Program-made: the position numbers and the translations under genes | Part shown: piece after piece, positions 37,876 to 47,021 of the stretch | Numbering within the stretch: the first letter of the stretch is position 1 | How the letters are laid out: every line of letters begins with the position of its first letter | The notes under the pieces: model-generated | Seen by the model: the letters and a program-made list of their open reading frames with translations, nothing else | The model's database searches: none | What the model was told of the DNA's origin: nothing | From: Eubacteriales bacterium | GTDB taxonomy: Bacteria; Bacillota; Clostridia; Oscillospirales; QAKW01 | NCBI GenBank assembly: GCA_045544995.1 | Contig: JAZQAE010000167.1 | Location: 1,218 to 65,217 of the forward strand | Reading direction: 5' to 3' | Length of the DNA stretch: 64,000 nt

Positions 37876-38145
37876 TTAAATAAGTGATATTTTTTTCACG
37901 AAATTACAGCGTTTCAGCAAGGTGGGTGCTGAAATCTGAGAGATATAGACCACCACGTCCATGCCCCAATTACATACAATAAATGATTTTGGAATATCGG
38001 TGGCCACGTTGATCAATTTATGTTCTTTTTCCTTTTCTTGGAGAAACATCCGCGTCCGTTTGGAGACGGTGGCTTTATCCATATCAAAGATGCCGATAAT
38101 ATCGTTTTTCTTAATGAGGACGTCCTGCCCCAGATGAAGATACAC
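37876..38145 (-). CDS. DUF370 (RemB/YaaB-like) protein
   Basis: (V)YLHLGQDVLIKKNDIIGIFDMDKATVSKRTRMFL... is typical of DUF370. It sits between recF and gyrB as in Bacillus. A GTG start was inferred at 38145, with GGTGG 9 nt upstream. Confidence 0.65.
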   Translation of the reverse strand: MYLHLGQDVLIKKNDIIGIFDMDKATVSKRTRMFLQEKEKEHKLINVATDIPKSFIVCNWGMDVVVYISQISAPTLLKRCNFVKKISLI

Positions 38146-39244
38146 GCATCTTCGCCACCTTTCCTTCTTTGATCTTAAATACTTTATTGCCTTTTTTGCG
38201 GATCTTTCCCAATTCGCAGGTAGAGAGCACCGTTTGCCGTCCCTCCATCCGCTGGAAAATAAACTTCTGACGATGGGCATCCAGCTCCGATAAAATATCA
38301 TCCAATAATAATACCGGCTCGGTTCCCTTTAATTTTTTAATACATTCGGCTTCCGCCAATTTAATGGCCAATACCGCTGAACGGATCTGACCTTGGGATG
38401 CAAAAAACTTCATGCTTTTTCCGGCCAGCAGGATCAAAATATCATCCTTATGCACGCCGTGCATCGTCTGTCCCATGGCAATATCCGTCTCCCGCATCCG
38501 CCGGAGCCTGGCCAAAAAGAGACGGGCATATTCTTCCCGGCTGACCGTATCTTTGGTAAATTGATTTAAGTAAATAAGTTTTAGTTTTTCTGATTTTTGA
38601 GAGATCTCTCCGTAATATTCTTTGGCACAGTCGGAGAGGATCTCAATGTATTTCTGCCGTGCTTCTGCAATATAGGCGCCGGCGTCCGCCAATTTTTCGT
38701 CCCAGATATCCAGCATCTCCGCAAGGGTGGGATCATTTTGACACTGCCGCAATAACGCATTTCGGTTCTTAATGATCTTTTGATAGTTCAGTAAGGTATC
38801 GGTATAGTGGAGATCCAGCGAACAAAGTGCCATATCTAAAAAATTCCGGCGTTTATTCGGTCCCTCTTTAATGAGGTTCAGATGGTCGGGGGTAAAGATC
38901 ACCGCCTGAAAACATCCCAATAGATCCCGCAATCTGGGAACTACCAATCCGTTATGACGAAATTCCTTGGCTTTTCCCTTTGCAAAGAGGATCTTTAATT
39001 CTTCCTCGCCATGCTCCAGTTCATAGGATAAGGTAACGGAGGCCTCTTCCGTTCCGAAACGGATGAGTTGCTCTTCCTTTAAAACCCGATAACTCTTCAG
39101 GCAGGAACAAAAGTAGATGGCTTCGATGCAATTGGTCTTTCCTTGGGCATTATGTCCGGCCAGAATATTGATCCCGTCCTCAAAGTCAAACTGAACGTCC
39201 TCAAAGTTTCTGAAATTTTTCAGATGTAAGGAACGGATCTTCAT
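38111..39244 (-). CDS. recF: DNA replication/repair protein RecF
   Basis: GHNAQGKTNCIEAIYF Walker A, ASQGQIRSAVLAIKLAE signature, and LLLDDILSELD Walker B. Confidence 0.95.
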   Translation of the reverse strand: MKIRSLHLKNFRNFEDVQFDFEDGINILAGHNAQGKTNCIEAIYFCSCLKSYRVLKEEQLIRFGTEEASVTLSYELEHGEEELKILFAKGKAKEFRHNGLVVPRLRDLLGCFQAVIFTPDHLNLIKEGPNKRRNFLDMALCSLDLHYTDTLLNYQKIIKNRNALLRQCQNDPTLAEMLDIWDEKLADAGAYIAEARQKYIEILSDCAKEYYGEISQKSEKLKLIYLNQFTKDTVSREEYARLFLARLRRMRETDIAMGQTMHGVHKDDILILLAGKSMKFFASQGQIRSAVLAIKLAEAECIKKLKGTEPVLLLDDILSELDAHRQKFIFQRMEGRQTVLSTCELGKIRKKGNKVFKIKEGKVAKMRVSSSGAGRPH

Positions 39245-39450
39245 TGGATAATGGTATATTCTGCTCCGTCAAAGGAGAACCGATCGCCGGGATAGAGCTT
39301 CTTTCCCTTCATCAGGCAGACTTCTCCGTTGACCCGGACGTCGCCGGAAAGGATCATCATTTTTGCCATTCCGCCGGTATCTGCTTCGCCGGAGAGCTTC
39401 ATGGCGTCGCAAAGACGGATATATTCATCTCTGATCAAAAGTCTGTTCAT
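39241..39450 (-). CDS. yaaA: S4-domain RNA-binding protein YaaA
   Basis: 69 aa. It has the conserved position between dnaN and recF and the S4-like segment VRVNGEVCLMKGKKLYPGD. Confidence 0.8.
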   Translation of the reverse strand: MNRLLIRDEYIRLCDAMKLSGEADTGGMAKMMILSGDVRVNGEVCLMKGKKLYPGDRFSFDGAEYTIIQ

Positions 39451-39456
39451 CGTTTT

Positions 39457-40575
39457 TTACTCTTTCATTCTGAGGGGCAGCACCAGGAAGAGATAATCTT
39501 CTTTATCAATCGGTTTAATAATGATGGGAGCCAGATTGGACTGCAGTTCGATCATGACTTCTTCATCGTCACAAGCGCTGAGCGCCGCCAACATATATTT
39601 ATAATTGAAACCGATCACCATTTTATCGGAGAAGGGTTCGCAATGAACGGTATCGTTAAATTTACCGATATTGGATGCGGTGGTAATGTCGATATGATCA
39701 AAATCGAAATCACACCGGATGGGGCTGATAATGGTGGCATTTGCCATTAAGGAAGCCCGTTCGATCACCTGCGCAAATTCTCGTACGTTGACCTTGACCC
39801 GGAATTTGAAATCCTTGGGAATGGCAGCCTTATAATCCAAAAACTCACCCTCTAAGAGACGGGAGACCAGCTGCACGTTACCAAACCGGAAGGAAACGAA
39901 GTTTTTACTATGGCAGATGCGGATGGTATCCTCTTCGCTATCCGGCAGGATCTTCAGCATTTCATTCAGAGCACGGGAAGGAATGACCACCTTTTTAAAG
40001 TTGCCCAGCACCTGCGCATAAGGCACTTTGCGAATGGCAAGACGGAAGTTATCCACGGCCACGGCATTGACGTATCCATCTTCTGTCAACTCAAAGAGAA
40101 CACCGGTCAAAATGGGTTTCAGATCGGTGATGGAAACGGCAAAGATGGTCTGCCGTACCATATCTTTAAAATCAGAATAGGTCAGGATGATGCCGTCCTC
40201 ACTCAAAACGTCCGGCAGTTCCGGAAAGTTCTCGGTGGACATTCCGGTAATGGTAAAATTGGAATTTCCGCCTTGCACGGTGGTCAAAAGGGTTTTATTA
40301 TCCACTTCGACCGTCACCGGGCAGGAAGGCAATTTCCGTACAATGTCGCCGATGAGTTTGGAAGAGAGGATGACGGTACCGTTTTCGGTATCCTCTGCAT
40401 CAATTTCATAGGTGATGGAAACGCTCAGGTCATAAGCGCTGAACCGGACGTTTCCCGGCCGGTCGATCTCGATCAGAATACCTTCCAAAGCCGGAATGGT
40501 TGATTTCACACTGGCCGCTTTTTGCACAATATTGATTGCTTCATTTAATACGTTTCTGTCGCAGGAAAATTTCAT
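39457..40575 (-). CDS. dnaN: DNA polymerase III beta subunit (sliding clamp)
   Basis: MKFSCDRNVLNEAINIVQKA..., three-domain length, and position after dnaA. Confidence 0.95.
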   Translation of the reverse strand: MKFSCDRNVLNEAINIVQKAASVKSTIPALEGILIEIDRPGNVRFSAYDLSVSITYEIDAEDTENGTVILSSKLIGDIVRKLPSCPVTVEVDNKTLLTTVQGGNSNFTITGMSTENFPELPDVLSEDGIILTYSDFKDMVRQTIFAVSITDLKPILTGVLFELTEDGYVNAVAVDNFRLAIRKVPYAQVLGNFKKVVIPSRALNEMLKILPDSEEDTIRICHSKNFVSFRFGNVQLVSRLLEGEFLDYKAAIPKDFKFRVKVNVREFAQVIERASLMANATIISPIRCDFDFDHIDITTASNIGKFNDTVHCEPFSDKMVIGFNYKYMLAALSACDDEEVMIELQSNLAPIIIKPIDKEDYLFLVLPLRMKE

Positions 40576-40791
40576 CGTTCATTTCCTTTCATTGTTTATT
40601 GTAGTAGTTGTTGTAGTAGTGTTCAAAACCCTAAAAAACATCAATTTAGGAGATGGCCAAGCAAAAATTTGCTTGTCTATTTCCTGTTTACACCCCGGTT
40701 CTCTTTCCACAATCCTTAAACAGCATTATGTAAACTGTTAAAAAATCTGTGGAAATTGTCTAAATCCGTCTGTGGAAAAAGGAAAACTCTG
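40576..40791. other. oriC part (dnaA-dnaN intergenic): three DnaA-box-like 9-mers plus a TAG/TTG triplet tract
   Basis: Boxes: CTTTCCACA (40703-11), TGTGGAAAT (40748-56), TGTGGAAAA (40771-79). Triplet run: TAGTAGTTGTTGTAGTAG (40602-19). Confidence 0.6.
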
Positions 40792-42153
40792 TTAATAAGA
40801 TTTCTTGATGTTTTCCACCAGTTCCGCCACAATCTTTGCGATCTGGGGATCCTGTTTGATGGCTTCTTCGATCTTTTTAATGGAATGGAGAACGGTGGTA
40901 TGATTTTTACCGCCCAGCTCTTTTCCGATTTCAGGAAGAGAGAGATTGGTTTTTTCCCGAATGATATACATGGCGATTTGACGGGGCAGGACGATATCAC
41001 TGGTACGCTTGTCCCCTTTGATCTTTTCTACCGAGACGTCATAATACCGGGACACTTCATCAATGACCGCTTCCGGCGTGATGGTTGCATTGGTATTTTC
41101 CTTGATGACCGCTTCCATGGCATCCTTGGCCAAAGCGATGGTCGGAGTATGACCCCAAAGAGAATTATAAGCTTTGAGTTTTTTGATGGTGCCTTCCAAT
41201 TCCCGGACGTTGTTTTTAATTTTAGTAGCGATGAGTTCCACCACTTCGTCGGGAATATTCAGATTATAGAATTTTGCTTTCCGCTTGATGATCGCCACAC
41301 GGGTCTCGTATTCAGGCGGTTGCACGTCGGCAGTCAAGCCCATGGCAAAGCGGGATTGCAACCGTTCTTCGATATTATTTAGATCCTTAGGGGGACGGTC
41401 GCTGGTCAAAATGATCTGTCTGTTATTTTCATAAAGGGCATCAAAGGTATGGAACATCTCTTCCTGAACGGAAGGTCTTCCGCTTAAGAACTGCACGTCA
41501 TCCATCAATAGAATGTCGGCTTTACGGTATTTATTTTTAAATTGACGCTGAGTCTGATGCTGGATCGCTTCGATCAGTTCGCTGGTAAACTCATCACCCT
41601 TGATATAGACGATCACAAGATCCGGATTATTTTGCTGGATCTTATTGGCGATCGCATTAATAAGATGGGTCTTACCGAGACCGCTATGGCCGTAGAGGAA
41701 AAACGGATTGTATGCTCCGGCAGGATTATTGGCGATGGCCAATGCTGCCGCATGAGCAAATTCATTTTCCTTACCGACCACGAAGTTTTCAAAGGTCAGA
41801 TTGGATTTTGCATTGAACGCCTGGATCTCTTCCTCAAACCGAGGCAGTTCCTGGCTGACTTCTTCGCTCTTACGCTGGGTCATTTCTCTGAACCGAGGCG
41901 GAACCTCTTCTTCCGTCATGACCTGAATGGTCACGTCGAAACCCATCACATTCGATATTGCGCTCTCTACTTCCGTCTTGTACTTTTTATCAATAATACT
42001 TTTTTGAAAGAGAGTGGATACGCAAAAATATGCAACGTCATTTTCCATTTTCATGGGAACCAGCAATTTGATCCAGCTTTCAAATGAAGTGCTGTTCAGA
42101 TCATTCTCCAGAATGACTAACGCTTTATCCCAAACATCCTTAAATGATTGCAT
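40792..42153 (-). CDS. dnaA: Chromosomal replication initiator DnaA
   Basis: NPFFLYGHSGLGKTHL Walker A, LLMDDVQFL, and the domain IV sequence RQIAMYIIREKTNLSLPEIGKELGGKNHTTVLHS. Confidence 0.98.
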   Translation of the reverse strand: MQSFKDVWDKALVILENDLNSTSFESWIKLLVPMKMENDVAYFCVSTLFQKSIIDKKYKTEVESAISNVMGFDVTIQVMTEEEVPPRFREMTQRKSEEVSQELPRFEEEIQAFNAKSNLTFENFVVGKENEFAHAAALAIANNPAGAYNPFFLYGHSGLGKTHLINAIANKIQQNNPDLVIVYIKGDEFTSELIEAIQHQTQRQFKNKYRKADILLMDDVQFLSGRPSVQEEMFHTFDALYENNRQIILTSDRPPKDLNNIEERLQSRFAMGLTADVQPPEYETRVAIIKRKAKFYNLNIPDEVVELIATKIKNNVRELEGTIKKLKAYNSLWGHTPTIALAKDAMEAVIKENTNATITPEAVIDEVSRYYDVSVEKIKGDKRTSDIVLPRQIAMYIIREKTNLSLPEIGKELGGKNHTTVLHSIKKIEEAIKQDPQIAKIVAELVENIKKSY

Positions 42154-42292
42154 TATTTCATACTCCCCTCTTAAAAATAATAGTTATACACATCTATTTT
42201 AACATATGTTCAAAACAATTGCAATATATTTATTTTATATATTATACTATAAATATAGTTTCATTAATCTAAATTATTGGTTAATGAAACAG
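42154..42292. other. oriC part / dnaA upstream region: one DnaA box-like site and a very AT-rich tract
   Basis: TTATACACA at 42184-92. The AT-rich run is about 42220-42270. Inverted repeat tttcattaa...ttaatgaaa at 42259-42289. Confidence 0.5.
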
Positions 42293-42321
42293 TTGACAAG
42301 AAAGACGATCCATTATATAAT
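42293..42321 (+). promoter_or_regulatory. glyQS promoter (TTGACA-17-TATAAT)
   Basis: Consensus hexamers read directly. Only about 31 nt separate the -10 element from the ATG. Confidence 0.65.
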
Positions 42322-42352
42322 CTATTTTTAGAACATAAATGGAGGGAAAACC

Positions 42353-43735
42353 ATGAAAAATACAGAAAAAACAATGGAACAGATCGTAAATCTTTGTAAA
42401 AACCGCGGCTTTGTCTATGCCGGCAGTGAGATTTACGGCGGACTTTCCAACTCTTGGGATTACGGTCCTTTGGGTGTGGAGTTCAAAAACAACGTAAAAA
42501 AAGCTTGGTGGAAGAAATTCGTGCAGGAATCTCCCTATAACGTCGGTTTGGATTCCGCCATCATTATGAATCCTGAAACCTGGGTCACCAGCGGTCACGT
42601 AGGCGGTTTTTCCGATCCTTTGATGGATTGTAAGGATTGCCATGCCCGTCACCGGGCAGACAAGCTCATCGAAGACGTGGGCGGCAAGGCTGAGGGGATG
42701 ACCTTTGAGCAGATGCAGGAATATATCAAAGAGAACAATATCGAGTGTCCCGATTGCGGCAGCAAGAACTTTACCGACATCCGTAAGTTCAATTTGATGT
42801 TTAAGACCTTCATCGGCGTGACGGAAGACGCTAAAAACGAGGTTTATCTGCGTCCCGAGACGGCACAGGGTATCTTTGTCAACTATGCCAATATCCAGCG
42901 GACGACCCGTAAAAAACTGCCCTTCGGCGTCTGCCAGATCGGTAAGTCCTTCCGTAACGAGATCACTCCGGGCAACTTTGTGTTCCGTACCCGTGAGTTT
43001 GAGCAGATGGAATGTGAATTCTTCTGCAAACCGGATACCGACCTGGATTGGTTCTATTATTGGAAAGATTATTGCAAAAACTGGCTGATCTCCCTTGGCA
43101 TGAACGAGGAGAATATGCGGTTGCGTGACCATGAGAAGGAGGAGCTTTCCTTCTATTCTAAGGCAACCACCGATATTGAATTTCTCTTCCCCTTCGGCTG
43201 GGGTGAACTGTGGGGTATTGCAGACCGTACCAATTACGATCTGGGCCGTCATCAGGAAGCCAGCGGTAAGAGTCTGGAATACTTCGATCCCGAAACCAAC
43301 GAGCATTATATCCCCTACGTGGTAGAGCCCTCTTTGGGTGCTGACCGTGTGGCTTTGGCGTTCCTTTGCGAAGCCTACGATGAGGAAGTTTTGGATGCGG
43401 AAAAGAATGACACCCGTGTGGTTCTGCGGCTGCATCCTGCTCTGGCTCCGGTGAAAGCAGCGATCCTGCCCCTTTCCAAAAAGCTTTCCGCCGCCGCCCA
43501 GGAAAAGGTATACAGCGTTCTTTGCAAGGAATTCAACGTGGAATTTGACGATGCCGGTTCCATCGGTAAGCGTTATCGCCGTCAGGATGAGATCGGTACT
43601 CCCTTCTCCATCTGCTACGACTTTGAGAGTGAAGAAGACGGCTGTGTAACCATCCGTTTCCGTGATTCTATGGAGCAAAAACGGGTAAAAATCGAAGAAT
43701 TGACAGAATTTATCCGGAAAAGCCTTGAATTTTAA
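42353..43735 (+). CDS. glyQS: Glycine--tRNA ligase (class II, homodimeric GlyQS type)
   Basis: [45 protein letters not shown], and a C-terminal anticodon-binding domain. Confidence 0.95.
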   Translation: MKNTEKTMEQIVNLCKNRGFVYAGSEIYGGLSNSWDYGPLGVEFKNNVKKAWWKKFVQESPYNVGLDSAIIMNPETWVTSGHVGGFSDPLMDCKDCHARHRADKLIEDVGGKAEGMTFEQMQEYIKENNIECPDCGSKNFTDIRKFNLMFKTFIGVTEDAKNEVYLRPETAQGIFVNYANIQRTTRKKLPFGVCQIGKSFRNEITPGNFVFRTREFEQMECEFFCKPDTDLDWFYYWKDYCKNWLISLGMNEENMRLRDHEKEELSFYSKATTDIEFLFPFGWGELWGIADRTNYDLGRHQEASGKSLEYFDPETNEHYIPYVVEPSLGADRVALAFLCEAYDEEVLDAEKNDTRVVLRLHPALAPVKAAILPLSKKLSAAAQEKVYSVLCKEFNVEFDDAGSIGKRYRRQDEIGTPFSICYDFESEEDGCVTIRFRDSMEQKRVKIEELTEFIRKSLEF

Positions 43736-43744
43736 AAGTTTTGG

Positions 43745-43774
43745 TTGACAAATTATGTTGACCTATTATATAAT
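43745..43774 (+). promoter_or_regulatory. rpmH promoter (TTGACA-18-TATAAT)
   Basis: Read directly from the sequence. Confidence 0.55.
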
Positions 43775-43829
43775 GTAATACGCTCAAAAAATGAATGTAT
43801 AAACCCCTAAAGCAAAGGAGGAAAGAAAC

Positions 43830-43964
43830 ATGCTGCGGACTTATCAGCCCAAAAAGAGACAGAGAAGCAAAGTGCACGGCTTCAGAAAGAGAATGCAGAC
43901 TGCGAATGGCCGTAAGGTTTTGGCCAGAAGAAGAGCAAAAGGCAGAGTAAGATTATCTCACTAA
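43830..43964 (+). CDS. rpmH: 50S ribosomal protein L34
   Basis: Hand translation gives [44 protein letters not shown] (44 aa), with an AAAGGAGG RBS. It is below the ORF-track length cutoff. Confidence 0.95.
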   Translation: MLRTYQPKKRQRSKVHGFRKRMQTANGRKVLARRRAKGRVRLSH

Positions 43965-43968
43965 TATT

Positions 43969-43993
43969 AAGGCCACAGTAATGTGGCCTTTTA
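43969..43993 (+). terminator. Intrinsic terminator/attenuator after rpmH
   Basis: Stem aaggccaca/tgtggcctt plus tttt. Confidence 0.65.
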
Positions 43994-44017
43994 TATTATG
44001 AGAAGGATGGAAGAAAG

Positions 44018-44329
44018 ATGGAAAGCGTAAAAGAAAACGTCAATTTCAAACGGGCTTATCATCAAGGAAAAAATAAGGTATTTAAGGAAATGGTCGTCTA
44101 TTGGCGGAAAAACCGGATGGGAACCACTCGCCTCGGCATCACCGTCAGTAAAAAGATCGGCAACTCTCCTGCCCGCAACCGTATCCGGCGGATCATTCGG
44201 GAGGGGGTTCGGCAGAATATGGATATCCTGCCCAAAGGGCATGATATTATTATTGTGGCCCGGAGTCGCTGTCTTTCCTGTAAAAGTACCGATATTGAAC
44301 GCCTGATCCGGGAGACCTTTTCGGCTTGA
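44018..44329 (+). CDS. rnpA: Ribonuclease P protein component
   Basis: RLGITVSKKIGNSPARNRIRRIIRE (RNR motif). Located after rpmH. Confidence 0.9.
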   Translation: MESVKENVNFKRAYHQGKNKVFKEMVVYWRKNRMGTTRLGITVSKKIGNSPARNRIRRIIREGVRQNMDILPKGHDIIIVARSRCLSCKSTDIERLIRETFSA

Positions 44330-44583
44330 GCATCCTGAAAGGACTCCGAAAGCTTTTCATTCTACCGATCCGAGGGTACCAGAAATGGATCTCCCCTCAT
44401 CTGCCTGCACGATGCAAATTTTATCCCACCTGCTCCGCTTACGCCTGTACGGCGATTTTGCGCTTCGGCATATTCATCGGCGGAGGACTGGCATTATGGC
44501 GCATTTTGCGGTGTAATCCCTGGTCCATGGGTGGCTACGACCCTGTCCCGGAAAAGGGGCAGTTGTTGAAAAGGAGAAAGTAA
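44326..44583 (+). CDS. yidD: Membrane protein insertion efficiency factor YidD
   Basis: YQKWISPHLPARCKFYPTCSAYACTAILRFG...RCNPWSMGGYDPVP. TTG start overlapping the rnpA stop. Confidence 0.9.
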   Translation: MSILKGLRKLFILPIRGYQKWISPHLPARCKFYPTCSAYACTAILRFGIFIGGGLALWRILRCNPWSMGGYDPVPEKGQLLKRRK

Positions 44584-44588
44584 AAACT

Positions 44589-45560
44589 ATGTGGAGTTAT
44601 CTTGTTGTCCCGTTCGCTTGGATCATGCAGCAATGCATGGCCTTTCTGAACAACTACGCCCTGGCGTTGATCGCATATGCCGTCATCACCAAGGTGATCA
44701 TCTTCCCCATCTCCATGAAACAGCAGAAAAATCAGCTGAATATGGTGCGCCTGCGTCCTTATCAGGATGCGTTGGCAAAGAAATACGGCAATAACCGTGA
44801 AAAATACAACATGGAACTGCAGAAACTCTATCAGCGTGAGGGATATAATCCCATGAGCAGTTGTCTGCCCCTGCTGATCCAGCTTCCCCTGATCCTGTTG
44901 ATCTATAACATTGTCCGTCATCCCTTGACCTACGTTCATTTCAATGAACTCTTTACCGCCAATGCGGCGCAAAAGGTCTATGATCTGGCAAAAGGACTTT
45001 CCAATCTGCCTGCCGCTGTGACCAAAGTGATGGAGACCATCGCTTCCGATCCCTCCAAACTGGCAAAGATCAGCGATTATGAACTGCAAATTTACAGTTC
45101 CGCTTCCCAGGCCGGTGCGGTCAAGATCCCCGGTGATAGTATTTTAGGGCTCTTCAGCCTCTCCGGTACCCCCAGCCAGGATTTTTGGAGCCCCATGATC
45201 CTCATCCCCATCTTGGCAGGCTTGACCGGATTTTTGACCTCTTGGGTCAGTCAGAAACTTAATTCCATGACCCAGGATCCCTCCGTGGCCGGCAATACCA
45301 AAATGATGACCTATATGATGCCCCTGATCTCGGTCATCTTCTGCTATTCCCTCAACTGTGCGTTGGGTTGGTACTGGATCATCACCAACGTATTGACCAT
45401 CGCTCAGACCTATATTCTGCATAAGATGTATGACCCCAAAAAGGTCTTGGCAGAAGTAGAAGAGAAGATGCAGAGAGAAAAGGATCAGAAAAAGGCCAAG
45501 CGTAGCGCCGCCGCTGCAAAAAAGGCCGCCGCAATGGCTGCCGCTAAGAAAAAGAAATAA
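44589..45560 (+). CDS. yidC: Membrane protein insertase YidC/SpoIIIJ family
   Basis: The 60-kDa-IMP core includes MKQQKNQLNMVRLRPYQDALAKKYG and YNPMSSCLPLLIQLPLI. It has a basic C-terminal tail. Confidence 0.9.
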   Translation: MWSYLVVPFAWIMQQCMAFLNNYALALIAYAVITKVIIFPISMKQQKNQLNMVRLRPYQDALAKKYGNNREKYNMELQKLYQREGYNPMSSCLPLLIQLPLILLIYNIVRHPLTYVHFNELFTANAAQKVYDLAKGLSNLPAAVTKVMETIASDPSKLAKISDYELQIYSSASQAGAVKIPGDSILGLFSLSGTPSQDFWSPMILIPILAGLTGFLTSWVSQKLNSMTQDPSVAGNTKMMTYMMPLISVIFCYSLNCALGWYWIITNVLTIAQTYILHKMYDPKKVLAEVEEKMQREKDQKKAKRSAAAAKKAAAMAAAKKKK

Positions 45561-45575
45561 TAAGAGGAATAGAAA

Positions 45576-46397
45576 ATGGCAATCAAAGAACTGTTTTTTG
45601 AAGGAAAGACCATCGAAGCAGCAGTAGAGAACGCTGCTTTGGAATTGGGCGAAGATAAAGATCTGCTCAGCTACACGGTTGAAGAAACCCCCTCCAAGGG
45701 AATCTTTGGTATCGGTGCTACCCCGGCAAAGATCAAGGTGGAGATCGAAGTAGCAGAGGAAGAGATCAAAAAAGAAGAACCGAAGAAAGAAGTAAAGATC
45801 CCTGCTTGGGAGCCGGAAAAACTCTCCGGCAAAGGCAAAAAGTCCGAAAAGGCTGAGAAAAAATCCGAAAAGAAGCCTGCAAAGAAGGCAGAACCCATCG
45901 TTTTGGATGCAGAGGTTGAAAAGAAACCGGTAGACGATGATAATTCTAAGAAGATCACCGAGTTTTTGAGCGGTCTTTTGGTTCACATCGGTGCGGAAGA
46001 AGACAGCGCCATCAAAGTAGAGATCGGTGAAGAAGATCACTATTACGTGGAAGTCAGCGGCGCCAAGATGGGCGTCTTGATCGGCCGCCGTGGCGAGACC
46101 TTGGATGCCGCCCAGTATCTTTGCGGACTGGTTCTCAATAAGGGTCGCAGCGGAGATAAGATCCGTGTGACCATTGATACCGAAAACTATCGGGCAAAGC
46201 GTATCCGTACTCTCCAGAAATTAGCAGAGAAGAATGCGGAAAAAGCCGTCAAGTATAAGAGAAACATCACCATGGAGCCCATGAGCCCCTATGAGCGTCG
46301 GATCATCCACGCCACCCTGACCGGAAGAGAGGATATCACTACCTTCTCCGTCGGAAGTGAGCCGAAGCGCCGGGTCGTTGTTAGCTACAAAAAGTGA
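45576..46397 (+). CDS. jag: Jag/KhpB RNA-binding protein (Jag_N, KH, R3H)
   Basis: The N-terminal Jag_N is followed by a K/E-rich linker and a KH domain (MGVLIGRRGETLDAAQYL). The R3H domain reads MSPYERRIIHATL. Confidence 0.9.
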   Translation: MAIKELFFEGKTIEAAVENAALELGEDKDLLSYTVEETPSKGIFGIGATPAKIKVEIEVAEEEIKKEEPKKEVKIPAWEPEKLSGKGKKSEKAEKKSEKKPAKKAEPIVLDAEVEKKPVDDDNSKKITEFLSGLLVHIGAEEDSAIKVEIGEEDHYYVEVSGAKMGVLIGRRGETLDAAQYLCGLVLNKGRSGDKIRVTIDTENYRAKRIRTLQKLAEKNAEKAVKYKRNITMEPMSPYERRIIHATLTGREDITTFSVGSEPKRRVVVSYKK

Positions 46398-46402
46398 TTA
46401 TG

Positions 46403-46450
46403 AAAGGGGCTGTAAAAAAACATTTGTTTTTTTACAGCCCCTTTTATTTT
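46403..46450. terminator. Bidirectional intrinsic terminator
   Basis: An 18-bp stem aaaggggctgtaaaaaaa/tttttttacagcccctttt between convergent genes. Confidence 0.8.
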
Positions 46451-46927
46451 TTATTCTACTTCCGAATCATCAAAATCGCTGTACTCTTCTTCCATGCGAT
46501 CCAGAAGCACTCGCACGACTTCTCCATCCTGCATGAAAGAAAGCTCCACCCGGTTATTCCCCATCCGCTCATAGCGGTAAACGTAGATCATGCCGTCTTC
46601 GTCCGTCAGCGTAAAGGCATCCCGATCCACCACAAACGTACCGGACACAATGGTATCGCCATTAGCCAAAAGGAACATCTTTTCCTCCGAATCGAAAGTA
46701 ATGGCCAGACTGGACCCTTCCCAGGAACCATCCATCCAGGTGCTCCTGAGATAATAGGAAATGATGCTTCCCACGATCAGCCCCACCACCATCAAGGAGC
46801 CTGCCGTCCAAGCCACCGGCCGGAACCACTTCGGCAATTGAATTTTCTTTTTCGGCCGTCCGTAATAGCAGCGAGGACAGATATGTTCCTCGTTTTCAAA
46901 TTCTGTTCCGCAACGTTGACAAATCAT
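46451..46927 (-). CDS. Zinc-ribbon, single-pass membrane protein of unknown function
   Basis: CQRCGTEFENEEHICPRC zinc ribbon, one TM segment, an extracytoplasmic beta-rich domain, and an acidic C-terminus. Confidence 0.55.
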   Translation of the reverse strand: MICQRCGTEFENEEHICPRCYYGRPKKKIQLPKWFRPVAWTAGSLMVVGLIVGSIISYYLRSTWMDGSWEGSSLAITFDSEEKMFLLANGDTIVSGTFVVDRDAFTLTDEDGMIYVYRYERMGNNRVELSFMQDGEVVRVLLDRMEEEYSDFDDSEVE

Positions 46928-47021
46928 AATCGTTCTCCTTAGGGTATTGGCGAGTATTTTAACGAAGAGTTTAATTGCTCACCCTAACAAACAACCGTCC
47001 CGAAGGACGGTTGTCTATTTT

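Noticed and set aside
42293-42352. A T-box leader was expected upstream of glyQS.
   Set aside because: Only about 31 nt separate the -10 hexamer from the ATG, far too short for a T-box riboswitch. No specifier or antiterminator elements are visible.
42281-43678. A 465-aa ORF on the minus strand, opposite glyQS.
   Set aside because: It is fully antisense to a clearly conserved glycyl-tRNA synthetase gene. It has low-complexity composition, no RBS and no recognisable motifs. It is a typical shadow ORF.
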